The notes under the pieces: generated by a model
Told to the model about the DNA's origin: nothing
Database searches by the model: none
What the model saw: the letters and a program-made list of their open reading frames with translations, nothing else
Position numbers and translations under genes: made by a program
In this document: positions 19,203-27,606 of the stretch, piece by piece
How the letters are laid out: each line of letters opens with the position of its first letter
How positions within the stretch are numbered: the stretch's first letter is position 1
Assembly (NCBI GenBank): GCA_028277585.1
Contig: JANQFY010000178.1
Location: 1 to 44,372 of the forward strand
Direction of reading: 5' to 3'
DNA from: Sedimentisphaerales bacterium
GTDB lineage: Bacteria; Planctomycetota; Phycisphaerae; Sedimentisphaerales; Anaerobacaceae
Length of the DNA stretch: 44,372 bases

Positions 19203-20344
19203 GGCGCCGAACAGCCGATTGCAGCAACGGATTCAATACTCCCGTCCCGGATGGTCGCGAGCTGAACGGCTCGGGTATTGGCGCCGACGGCATTCCAACG
19301 AATCTGCCCGGCAACGCCTTGGAAGGGAGTCCCATCCCGAACCGCATCCCGGATGCGCGTCCGGTCCGATCCCGCCTTGCGAATCGCACTGGTCAGCAGT
19401 GTCAGGGCGTCGTACGTGTGAGCGGCGGCATAGTCCGGCTGACGGTTGAAGCGTTTGTTGAACTCCTCGGCAAACGCATGGAACCTCGGAGACATGACCA
19501 GAGGATGGGGGAACACAACTCCCTCAGCCGCAGCGCCGGCTTGTTTGAGAAAGGTTCGCCTGCCCATCTGGGGTCCGCCGAAGACCGCGCGGGCGTATCC
19601 TCGGCCGCGCAATTCTCGGAGCACCGCGGCGCCGCCTCGGGGATCAGCAATCAGAACCACCGCCTGCGGATCGGCTTGCAGAATTCCATCGACAATGGGT
19701 GGAACGCCCGACGCTTCCGTATTGCACTGGAGATGAAAAGCCGGGACGATCCGACACGCCTTGAACGCCTTCCGCAATTCCACGGCAAATACCTGGGAGT
19801 CATGGTCCACCGCCGAGACCACCATCAGGGATTGGCGCTCAGAGCGTAACGCTATCGCTTTGGCCAAAACCATCGCCTGCACATCGTCCAGGGGAACGCA
19901 CGAGAACATCCAGGGGACGCCCGCCATGTTAACCGATTTGTCGCTGGCGACGGGACTGATCAGAGTCAGTCGAGCCTTGGCGACCACCTGCTCGGCCAGA
20001 TGGGTTGAGGCGCCGTCGATCCCCCCAACGATCGCCCGGACCTTCTCGACATACGCCATCCGCGCCACGTCCGCGACGCCCGAGCCCCAGGGACTCTCCG
20101 ACCAACTCGTGACCAGGCGAAAAGGAGCACCCTCGCAGCCCCCTGCGCGATTGGCTTGTTCAAGGGCCATCGAGGCGGCGCACCAGAGGTCCCCTCCGTC
20201 GGAATGGGTGGACGAGGCCGGCCCGAAGTAGCCAATGAGGACCTCCCCGACCTTGGAATCAGAAGCATCGAGCGCGGCGAGGCGTCCGACTGCCAACGCA
20301 ACGGCGAGCAGCGCGACACCAGCGGCATGGCGGAAACGGCGCAT
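19196..20344 (-). CDS. Type-1 periplasmic binding protein (Peripla_BP_6, LivK-like ABC substrate-binding protein), with no cognate permease in the window
   Basis: Signal peptide MRRFRHAAGVALLAVALAVG. PBP1 fold motifs (…LIGYFGP…, AIVGGIDGASTH…). The start at 20344 replaces the longer six-frame ORF. The 3' end overlaps the convergent gene ending at 19202 by 7 nt. Confidence 0.75.
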   Translation of the reverse strand: MRRFRHAAGVALLAVALAVGRLAALDASDSKVGEVLIGYFGPASSTHSDGGDLWCAASMALEQANRAGGCEGAPFRLVTSWSESPWGSGVADVARMAYVEKVRAIVGGIDGASTHLAEQVVAKARLTLISPVASDKSVNMAGVPWMFSCVPLDDVQAMVLAKAIALRSERQSLMVVSAVDHDSQVFAVELRKAFKACRIVPAFHLQCNTEASGVPPIVDGILQADPQAVVLIADPRGGAAVLRELRGRGYARAVFGGPQMGRRTFLKQAGAAAEGVVFPHPLVMSPRFHAFAEEFNKRFNRQPDYAAAHTYDALTLLTSAIRKAGSDRTRIRDAVRDGTPFQGVAGQIRWNAVGANTRAVQLATIRDGSIESVAAIGCSAPH

Positions 20345-20351
20345 GGGTAGC

Positions 20352-21839
20352 TCAACTGCGTCCGGCGTCCGAGTGTTTCTCCTCAGTTGCCGAGACATCG
20401 ACTCGGTCGCGGGCCGGCACATAGTCGCGCGGAATTCCCAGATCCTCGCGCGAGCGGTAGGTCCACTCTCCGTCGCGACGCTCGACCAGGAAGACATCGC
20501 CCACGGTGTCGAGCGCAGCGCTGAGGGTAATCTCGCCAGTCACGCCCTCCCACGACTGGGCGCGATGCGCCAGGACGTCGCGGATCTTCGCCCGGTTCAG
20601 GCCGGCGACCTGGACCGCCCAGAGCAACATGTTCATTCCATCGTAGGCATGGGCGGCGTACGTCTCAGCTTCTTCGCCGAAACGTTTCTCGAAGCGCTCC
20701 TGGAAAGCGACGTAGTGCGAATCGTCACGCGTCGGGTCCCAGGGGGAGGTGCAGATCACACCCTCGGCGTTCGACCCGGCTAACTCGAGGAACTCGTCCG
20801 ACAGACAACGGTCGCACGCGAAATACGGATGCTCCATGTCCATCTCGCGCATCTGGTTCAGGATCAGGGCGCCTTCCGAGGCGTTTCCCCAGTGTATGAT
20901 GGCCTGAACGTTCGCCTCTTTGAGCCGTTCGAGTTGCAGAGAGAAATCCTCAATGCCGAGTTTGTAGGCCATTTCCAGGATGATGGGCCGGCCGAGACGA
21001 CGACTCCCATCGCGGATCTCGCGGACTCCGAAGCGGCCGTACCGATTGCTCGCCCGCATAATGCCGACCCGTTCGAGCCCCAGCTTGCGATACAGGTAGT
21101 CGACCAGCAAATACCCCTGCTGGCGATCGTCGCTGATACAGCGGAAGACCCATGGAATGTTAGTCTCGATGAAGGTCGGATCGGTGTCGCCCGAGTTCAT
21201 CATGGGGACTTCGGCCTTCAGCGCTACGCGGATGGCGATATGGCTGTTGGCCCCATCGATGGTCCCCAGGATAGCCCAGACCTTGTCTTTGTACGCCATC
21301 TTGACGATTTCATTGCCCGAGGCGCCCCAGAGCCCGTTGTCGTTGCTGACAATCAGTTCGAAGGGGATGTTCCGCTTGTGATAGCCGCCTTGTGCGTTGG
21401 CCTCTTCGATGGCGAGGCGCGAGCCCTGCAACATCTTGATGCCGAGCGGCTCTTCATGGCTCTTGCCCCCGGTCGCGACGGAGACCGTCGACATGATGGG
21501 CCCGATGAAGCCGATCTTAACCGTGTTGACATCCTCCGGCTCGGGGATCGCCCGCCCCGGCCCGGTGTACTCCATCTGCGTCAGGAAGTGCTCCTTGTAC
21601 GGCTCGACATGACGAAACGGCTTGACGTCATGCGTAGTCTCGGCGTACTTGGCGTCTTCCTTCAGCGCCAGGTCGGGGACCTCGTAGGCGCTGACGGAAT
21701 TGATCTTCTCGACGACCTCGCTGGTGTGCGCGTCGACTTCCACCGGGCCCGATGTGTCGCGACGGGCCTGTTCCGGCCCACTGCACGAAGCCAGAGACAC
21801 CGAGATAACCAGACTGATCAGAACGATCCAACGCTTCAT
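20352..21839 (-). CDS. Type-1 periplasmic binding protein lipoprotein (LivK-like), second tandem copy
   Basis: Lipoprotein signal MKRWIVLISLVISVSLASCSG. Motifs VKIGFIGPIMS…, AILGTIDGANSHIA. Only 7 nt separate it from the next substrate-binding-protein gene. Confidence 0.8.
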   Translation of the reverse strand: MKRWIVLISLVISVSLASCSGPEQARRDTSGPVEVDAHTSEVVEKINSVSAYEVPDLALKEDAKYAETTHDVKPFRHVEPYKEHFLTQMEYTGPGRAIPEPEDVNTVKIGFIGPIMSTVSVATGGKSHEEPLGIKMLQGSRLAIEEANAQGGYHKRNIPFELIVSNDNGLWGASGNEIVKMAYKDKVWAILGTIDGANSHIAIRVALKAEVPMMNSGDTDPTFIETNIPWVFRCISDDRQQGYLLVDYLYRKLGLERVGIMRASNRYGRFGVREIRDGSRRLGRPIILEMAYKLGIEDFSLQLERLKEANVQAIIHWGNASEGALILNQMREMDMEHPYFACDRCLSDEFLELAGSNAEGVICTSPWDPTRDDSHYVAFQERFEKRFGEEAETYAAHAYDGMNMLLWAVQVAGLNRAKIRDVLAHRAQSWEGVTGEITLSAALDTVGDVFLVERRDGEWTYRSREDLGIPRDYVPARDRVDVSATEEKHSDAGRS

Positions 21840-21901
21840 AGCAAACCTCCTCGCCCAGGGAGCATCGTCAACATGCTCTGGCGAAATCATGTCATGCGCT
21901 G

Positions 21902-23080
21902 TCACTTAGACGTCCCCGTTTGCACTACTTTCTGCGCCGCCGGCGCGTGCAAGGGGCGCTCCTTCAGCCCCGGATAGTATCCGGCGCCCTTGCCCCGGGC
22001 CAGTCCCTTGGATGTCCCTACCCAGACGTCGTCGCCATCGATCTCCACCCACAGGGCGTAGTTATGCGGAATCCCGCGCGGGCTGCGGACCGTCTCCAAC
22101 ACCTCTTTGTTGCGAGTGACCACAGCGACACCCTCGTGCGTGTTGGGGTCCATTGTATAGGTAATCCAGGTGTCCGTCGAGAAATCCGTTACGACGCCGA
22201 CGCCTTTGTCGGTGGCGTACCACCCCTCGTCGGCGCTGCGGCCCTTGACGGCGTTGCCAAAATCGCTGGGCAAACCGGTCTCGTGGGCGTAGTAGCCCCG
22301 CCAGTAGCGCCCGTCGTAGCGGCACATGCCGAAATAGCTAGAGACCCAAAGCACGTCGTCCACGTGGCTGACGCCGGTGGTGATCACGTGGACGATGCCG
22401 TCGTCGCGGTACAGATCGATCTCCATCTCGCCGTCCGGATCAAGGTAGTCCTTCCAATTCTCCGTCTTGATGTCGAACTCCAGGATGCCGCTGCCCCAGA
22501 CGCTGAGAAAGACCTTGCCGTCGCTCTGGCAGACGCCGTAGTTCCAGATCTCTTCCATCGGGGCGTTCTTCTCGGTGTAGATCGTCCATTCGCCTGTGAC
22601 GGTGTTGAAACGACTGGCCCCAGCGGTGGTCGCCACCCAGACGTTGTCATTCTCGACCGCGACGCCGTAGACGACGTCGTTGACCAGGCCGCTGTTGAGC
22701 TGGTGCCAGTGGTCGACCCGCCCGCCGCTGAAGCGGGCCAGGCCGCCGCCGAAGAGGCCAACCCAGAGTTCGCCCGTCTTCGGGTTCATATCGAGCGCCG
22801 AGACCACCCGCCAGGGAAGCCCTTCCGCTTCGGTCCAGCTCTTGACCTTGCCCGTGCGCTTGTCGATGCAGGCCAGCCCGTTCTCTGTACCGACCCAGAC
22901 CTTCGTCTCGTCGGCCTCGACGGCGAAGACATGGTCGTTGGGAAGACCGTCCTTGACCGTGAAGTGCTGCCAATCCGTGTAGACATACGGCAAGCGGGCG
23001 GCGCCTGCCGCCGACGCGAAGACCATCGACAGGGCCAATACGATCAGCCCCTTAGAAATCCACTGATGAATCATACACAC
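21902..23080 (-). CDS. Secreted beta-propeller repeat protein (two-component-regulator-propeller / Reg_prop-like repeats)
   Basis: Signal peptide (…GLIVLALSMVFASAAGAA). Repeated ~45-aa units with the pattern …W(V/I)GT.nGLa/…VWVATtaGasrf…, as seen in Reg_prop/Y_Y_Y-type propellers. Confidence 0.65.
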   Translation of the reverse strand: MCMIHQWISKGLIVLALSMVFASAAGAARLPYVYTDWQHFTVKDGLPNDHVFAVEADETKVWVGTENGLACIDKRTGKVKSWTEAEGLPWRVVSALDMNPKTGELWVGLFGGGLARFSGGRVDHWHQLNSGLVNDVVYGVAVENDNVWVATTAGASRFNTVTGEWTIYTEKNAPMEEIWNYGVCQSDGKVFLSVWGSGILEFDIKTENWKDYLDPDGEMEIDLYRDDGIVHVITTGVSHVDDVLWVSSYFGMCRYDGRYWRGYYAHETGLPSDFGNAVKGRSADEGWYATDKGVGVVTDFSTDTWITYTMDPNTHEGVAVVTRNKEVLETVRSPRGIPHNYALWVEIDGDDVWVGTSKGLARGKGAGYYPGLKERPLHAPAAQKVVQTGTSK

Positions 23081-23100
23081 CTCGTTCTCCTGGAAACCCG

Positions 23101-25959
23101 CTACAACGTTTTGATGTACTCGATCAGGTCGTTGAGCTGGTCTTTGGTCATATCGTTGGTGACCCCGTGTTGATCGTCCGGGTTGTAAACCGTCCAGATC
23201 TCCTCGAGCGTCTCGGCGATGCCGTTATGCAGATACGGCGACGAATCGTAAATGTTGTTCAAATGCGGCGTATCGAATTCCGATTCGCGATCCCACTTCA
23301 GTTTCGTCCCAATGTCGTGGCGCTGGCGATCCGTATAGAGCGGCGGTGCGTGACATGTCACACAGCGATTGCCCTTGGGGATCAGGCGACCGTCATTGGT
23401 CATCGTCCGCTCGAACATCGCTTTGCCGCGACGCTGGGCGTCGGTCAGTTCGGCGCCGAGGGGTCGATAGCGATTCGGCGGTCGTGGAATCGTGCAGATG
23501 TAGTTGTCGAGTGCCGAGAGTTGCTCGTCGGTAAATGGCTGAATCCGCGTGAAAAAGACCGCCAGGCGCGGGCCGCACTGGCGTTGCAGACTCGGGTTGG
23601 TCCCCTCCCACTTGAACGGGGCGGTGTCAAGGATGCCCCGCAGCGTACGGTTGTCGACCGGGCTGATTCCAATGCCGTCCGGCTCGATGTCGTAGGTCAG
23701 GCCGTCGACGTGCCCATCAGGATGACACGAGTGACAGGAGAACTGCCGATGGAACGTGATGTTGGCGCTGTGGAAGACGCGCTCGCCGTACCGGATCTTC
23801 GTGATCTCTTTCGGACCGCCCAGGTCAATGCGACCGGCCGCTTCCATCCGCTCGAGATCGATCGCCGTCAGCGAATCGTCCAGGGCGTTGGCGACGAAGG
23901 CGCTCTTGCCGTCCGGCGTCACGATGATCCCGCGCGGGCTGTATTCAACGGGGATGTGTTTGACCACGAACTCCGTCGGCTTGCCCAAGTGGTTCGGAAA
24001 GACGTGCTCACGATCGTGGTCCGACGCCGCCTCGAGCATCGCGATCATCTTTTCCAGATCGATCACGGCTATGCGGTTGGATCCCGAACTGCTCGCCAGC
24101 GCCCACCGGCCATTGGGCGTAATGACCACATCGGCCGGGTCGGGAAACGACATGCCCGGCTCATCGAGCAGGACCTGATCGACGCGGCCATCTTTCCAGA
24201 TAATGCCCAGCCCATTCGTGATCGTCCAGCCCTGCAACAACCGCGTCATCGGCACAAGGTTCTTCGTACGGTTCAGAGTCGTCAGGGCGAACTTCCCGCT
24301 GGGGTGCCAATCCACGCCCTGCATGAGATTGGCGGCCGGCACCACCCGGCGGTCGTCCACGATGTTGCGCTTCGCATTGATGATGGTGACTTCCGACATA
24401 GACGGCGTGCGGAAAGGAACGAAGCGCGACAGGTTGTTCGTGACGTAGATCTCCGAGCCGTCCGGCGCCAGGGACAACGACCAGGGATTGCGGCTGGCCG
24501 CCAGTCGCTTGATCTCTTTCTGCGTTGCCAGTTCGATGATGGAGATACTGTCCGAAGAGGTGTTGAGTACGTACAGATACGTGCCCGAGGGATCGACCAG
24601 AACCCCGTGCGGCTCATCGCCCACGGGAATCGTCCCGATCTCCTTGCGCGAGATAACGTCCACGACCGAGACCGTATCGTCCAGACGATTGCTGACATAC
24701 GCCCTTTGCCCATCGGGGCTGAACGCCACGTCGGTCGGATGGCGGCCCACCGCGATCTCCGCGATCTTGCGCCGCGACTGAGCATCGACAACGATCACCG
24801 TGTGCGACGCCTCGCAGGCCACATAGAGTTCCTTGCCCCCCGGGAGAATCGCCAGATTCAGGGGTGTCTTGTAGTGCGGCGCTTCGGCGACCTGTTCGAT
24901 CTTGGTCGGATGAGCGATCTTCGCAAGCGCCTTCTCATAATCGAATGGCTTGTCGTGCGCGTTCTCGTGACAACGCAGGCATGTCTGTTCGTTCACCTCT
25001 TTGAGCCCGGCCGTGTGCGCAGCGCGCGGATCGGTCATGCGTGCCTCCTCGGCATACGCGCTGCCCGCGCCGTGACAAGCCTCGCAGCCGACTCCTTCGT
25101 AGACCGAGTACAGATCCCGTTGCCCCCCGGCCGGGTCGTGATGCGCCGTGGAATGGCATTTCAAGCAAGCCGCACTCCTCTGTGGGGGCTCCTTGAGTCC
25201 CTTCTCCTTGGCGATCTCGTACGCCTTCTCGGTCGTCAAGACGGCAAACGCACGGCTGTGAGCGCTCATGCGCCACTTGCTGAACTGGTAACCCATCGAT
25301 GGGCCCTTGTGGCAGGTCCCACATTTGAAGACCCCGATATGGGCCGGTGCGTTCCCTTGCGAATCACCAGCCGGCAGTGCGACCGGGTCGCTGTATTTCC
25401 ATTCCTCCGGCGTCGGGTGCGCTATCCGCCGGAGCCCCTTGAGGACGTCCAGGGTGGGCAAGCTATGGACCGCCACGTGGGAACCTTTGACCTGGTGACA
25501 GACCATGCAGTCCCGCGTGGTGGGCATGTTGAGCCCGGCCGCCATCGCCTTCCCGCGATCCCGCATGACCGATTCGGTCATGTACTCGCTACCCGGACCG
25601 TGACAGTGCTCGCACTGGACCCCGTCCTCGACAAAAAATGTGTCGTCCTTCTCCCAATCCTCGGCGTGCGCTCCGGTTGCATGACAGCCCAGGCACATCA
25701 CGCTCTCCTGGGGCTCCTGGGGAATACCGCTCAGTTGCGCGATCGCCTTGGCTCCGGGCTGGGCGAGGACAGCGTAAGCGCGAGCGTGCTTGGATTGCTG
25801 CCAGATGCTGCACTGATGGCCCATGCCCTCCCCGTCATGACAGGCGGCGCAGGCTTTGACGCCGACATAAACCGGTTGCCTCTGAGCCGTGCCATAGGCC
25901 AAGACGGCTGAGGGGAGGATCAGAACAATCGATAGGACACAAAGAAGATAGCGAGACAT
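23101..25959 (-). CDS. 952-aa deca-haem c-type cytochrome: duplicated tetrahaem (c554-like) module + YVTN-type beta-propeller + C-terminal di-haem cytochrome c peroxidase/MauG-like domain
   Basis: Signal peptide. CxxCH motifs: CAACH, CLGCH, CEHCH, CMVCH, CGTCH, CLKCH, CEACH, CLRCH (N-terminal 360 aa), then CHSCH and CVTCH in the C-terminal 300 aa. The CCP-family motif FDTPHLNNIY (cf. F-x-x-PSLRN) is present. The middle region has YVTN-like 40-residue repeats (…AYVSNRLDDTVSVVDV…, …LYVLNTSSDSISIIEL…). Confidence 0.85.
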   Translation of the reverse strand: MSRYLLCVLSIVLILPSAVLAYGTAQRQPVYVGVKACAACHDGEGMGHQCSIWQQSKHARAYAVLAQPGAKAIAQLSGIPQEPQESVMCLGCHATGAHAEDWEKDDTFFVEDGVQCEHCHGPGSEYMTESVMRDRGKAMAAGLNMPTTRDCMVCHQVKGSHVAVHSLPTLDVLKGLRRIAHPTPEEWKYSDPVALPAGDSQGNAPAHIGVFKCGTCHKGPSMGYQFSKWRMSAHSRAFAVLTTEKAYEIAKEKGLKEPPQRSAACLKCHSTAHHDPAGGQRDLYSVYEGVGCEACHGAGSAYAEEARMTDPRAAHTAGLKEVNEQTCLRCHENAHDKPFDYEKALAKIAHPTKIEQVAEAPHYKTPLNLAILPGGKELYVACEASHTVIVVDAQSRRKIAEIAVGRHPTDVAFSPDGQRAYVSNRLDDTVSVVDVISRKEIGTIPVGDEPHGVLVDPSGTYLYVLNTSSDSISIIELATQKEIKRLAASRNPWSLSLAPDGSEIYVTNNLSRFVPFRTPSMSEVTIINAKRNIVDDRRVVPAANLMQGVDWHPSGKFALTTLNRTKNLVPMTRLLQGWTITNGLGIIWKDGRVDQVLLDEPGMSFPDPADVVITPNGRWALASSSGSNRIAVIDLEKMIAMLEAASDHDREHVFPNHLGKPTEFVVKHIPVEYSPRGIIVTPDGKSAFVANALDDSLTAIDLERMEAAGRIDLGGPKEITKIRYGERVFHSANITFHRQFSCHSCHPDGHVDGLTYDIEPDGIGISPVDNRTLRGILDTAPFKWEGTNPSLQRQCGPRLAVFFTRIQPFTDEQLSALDNYICTIPRPPNRYRPLGAELTDAQRRGKAMFERTMTNDGRLIPKGNRCVTCHAPPLYTDRQRHDIGTKLKWDRESEFDTPHLNNIYDSSPYLHNGIAETLEEIWTVYNPDDQHGVTNDMTKDQLNDLIEYIKTL

Positions 25960-25963
25960 CCTC

Positions 25964-27601
25964 TCATGACTCCTTTGACTTGGATGGCTGAACGACTTTC
26001 AGCACCTGATTGGATGGCACATCCGTCAACGCCGTGGTCGCTCCATCCGGCCAGCGGATTTCAACGCGATCGACCTGAGCGGACTTGCCCAGACCGAAAT
26101 GACAGCGGGGGTCGGCCTGTGACAGATAGCCTCGAACCGGAATCGCGTCCTGAACCTGGACGAGCGAACCGGTCTTGACAGTCACCCGCGCCCCGGTGGC
26201 GTGGACCTTGCCTCCGGGCAGGCGGGCATCCACCATCAGCCAGCGATTCTTGTTGCCGCCGTCGTTGCGCAACAATCGGGGGATGGCGTTGAGATTGACG
26301 ATCAGCAGATCGACGTCACCGTCATTGTCATAGTCGCCGTAAGTCGCGCCGCGCCCGACGTATTTCTCCCGGAAGTAGGGACCGGAGTCGATCGCCACGT
26401 CGACGAACTTGCCCGTCCCATCGTTGCGCATCAGCACATCCTCTTCGGTGTACTCGTGATGGGCGTTTCCGTTGCCCACGAAGACATCGAGATAGCCGTC
26501 GGCGTCGTAGTCGAAGAGAATGCCGCCCCAGCCCGTGTACTGGCCGCACACCACCGCCAGGTTCGTCTGAGCCGTGCGGTCTTCGAAGTAGTCCTCTCGG
26601 TTCATCAAGAGACAACCGTACCCCATATCGGGAACGTAGATGTCGATCCATCCATCGCGATCCACGTCGCCCACCGCCGGCCCCATGGACGAAACGCCCT
26701 GGCCCCCTTCCCCGAAGGCGAGCCCCATCTCCAACCCCTCATTGGCGAACGTACCCTTGCCCTCGTTTCGGAAGTAGTAGTTCTCCATGCCGTCGTTGGG
26801 GATGTAGATGTCCAGAAGCCCATCGTTGTTCAGGTCCGTCACGGTGGCGCTCATGGCGCGTCCATTGGGCTGGAAGACACCCGCTTCCTTCGTGACATCG
26901 GTGAAGGTGCCGTCACCGTTGTTGCGGTAAAGGGCGTCGGGTTGCCCGCTGTAACTGAGCGGACCCGGATAGCCGGCCGCGGCGTAGAATGAGCGGAACT
27001 TGCCGCTGTCGTATTCCAGATAGTTGGCGACATAGACATCCAGGTCGCCATCTCCATCGTAGTCGAACCACGGCGCCGAAAGACTCCAGCGGGTATCGGC
27101 CAGGCCGGAAGCCTTGGAGACATCGGTGAAAGTGCCGTCGCCGTTGTTGCGATACAGTACGTTGGCGCCGTAATTGAGCACGTAGAGATCGAGATCGCCG
27201 TCCGCATCGTAGTCAGCCGCCGAGCAGCCGAAGCCAAAACCCTTGTCTCCCACTCGCGCCTTCTTTGTGACATCGACAAAGGTCCCATCTCCCTTATTGC
27301 GGTACAGGGTATTGGCGAGCTTGCCGCGGAACTGACGGCCCCGGTTGTCGCTCACATCGCGGAGCCAGCAACCGTTCGGCAGGTAGATGTCCAGCCACCC
27401 GTCGTTGTCGTAGTCGAAGAACATCGCGCCGGAGCCCGTCCCCTCGACGATGTTGCTCAGATCGAGATCGCCGTAGCTATGCTTGACCTGGATGCCGGCC
27501 TGCTGTGTCACATCAACAAACGTCGGCAACTCCTGCGCCGCCGCGATGCTCAGCAGGCACAAGACCAGAATCGAAACTCGAACGTATTGGGATACACTCA
27601 C
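25964..27601 (-). CDS. CRTAC1-family protein (FG-GAP/VCBS + UnbV/ASPIC), fifth paralog, on the opposite strand from the others
   Basis: Signal peptide VSILVLCLLSIAAAQE. DxDxDG loops (DYDNDGWLDIY, DYDADGDLDLYV, DYDGDGDLDVYV, DVDRDGWIDIYV, DYDNDGDVDLLIV). ASPIC tail (…RWLMVDARLPGG…ATGARVTVKTG…). GTG start at 27601. Confidence 0.85.
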   Translation of the reverse strand: MSVSQYVRVSILVLCLLSIAAAQELPTFVDVTQQAGIQVKHSYGDLDLSNIVEGTGSGAMFFDYDNDGWLDIYLPNGCWLRDVSDNRGRQFRGKLANTLYRNKGDGTFVDVTKKARVGDKGFGFGCSAADYDADGDLDLYVLNYGANVLYRNNGDGTFTDVSKASGLADTRWSLSAPWFDYDGDGDLDVYVANYLEYDSGKFRSFYAAAGYPGPLSYSGQPDALYRNNGDGTFTDVTKEAGVFQPNGRAMSATVTDLNNDGLLDIYIPNDGMENYYFRNEGKGTFANEGLEMGLAFGEGGQGVSSMGPAVGDVDRDGWIDIYVPDMGYGCLLMNREDYFEDRTAQTNLAVVCGQYTGWGGILFDYDADGYLDVFVGNGNAHHEYTEEDVLMRNDGTGKFVDVAIDSGPYFREKYVGRGATYGDYDNDGDVDLLIVNLNAIPRLLRNDGGNKNRWLMVDARLPGGKVHATGARVTVKTGSLVQVQDAIPVRGYLSQADPRCHFGLGKSAQVDRVEIRWPDGATTALTDVPSNQVLKVVQPSKSKES

Positions 27602-27606
27602 GCCTA

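Noticed and set aside
23167-25911. 914-aa ORF on the + strand mirroring the deca-haem cytochrome gene. Similar long antisense ORFs occur at 2163-3605 (+), 5890-6969 (+), 10577-11296 (-), 11426-12955 (-), 15261-16115 (-), 17787-18878 (-), 20829-21977 (+), 31740-33044 (-), 36043-37434 (-) and 38833-40170 (-).
   Set aside because: These are typical stop-codon-poor antisense frames of high-GC coding DNA. Their translations are Arg/Gly/Ala/Val-rich with no domain signatures. In each case the opposite strand encodes a protein with clear family motifs.
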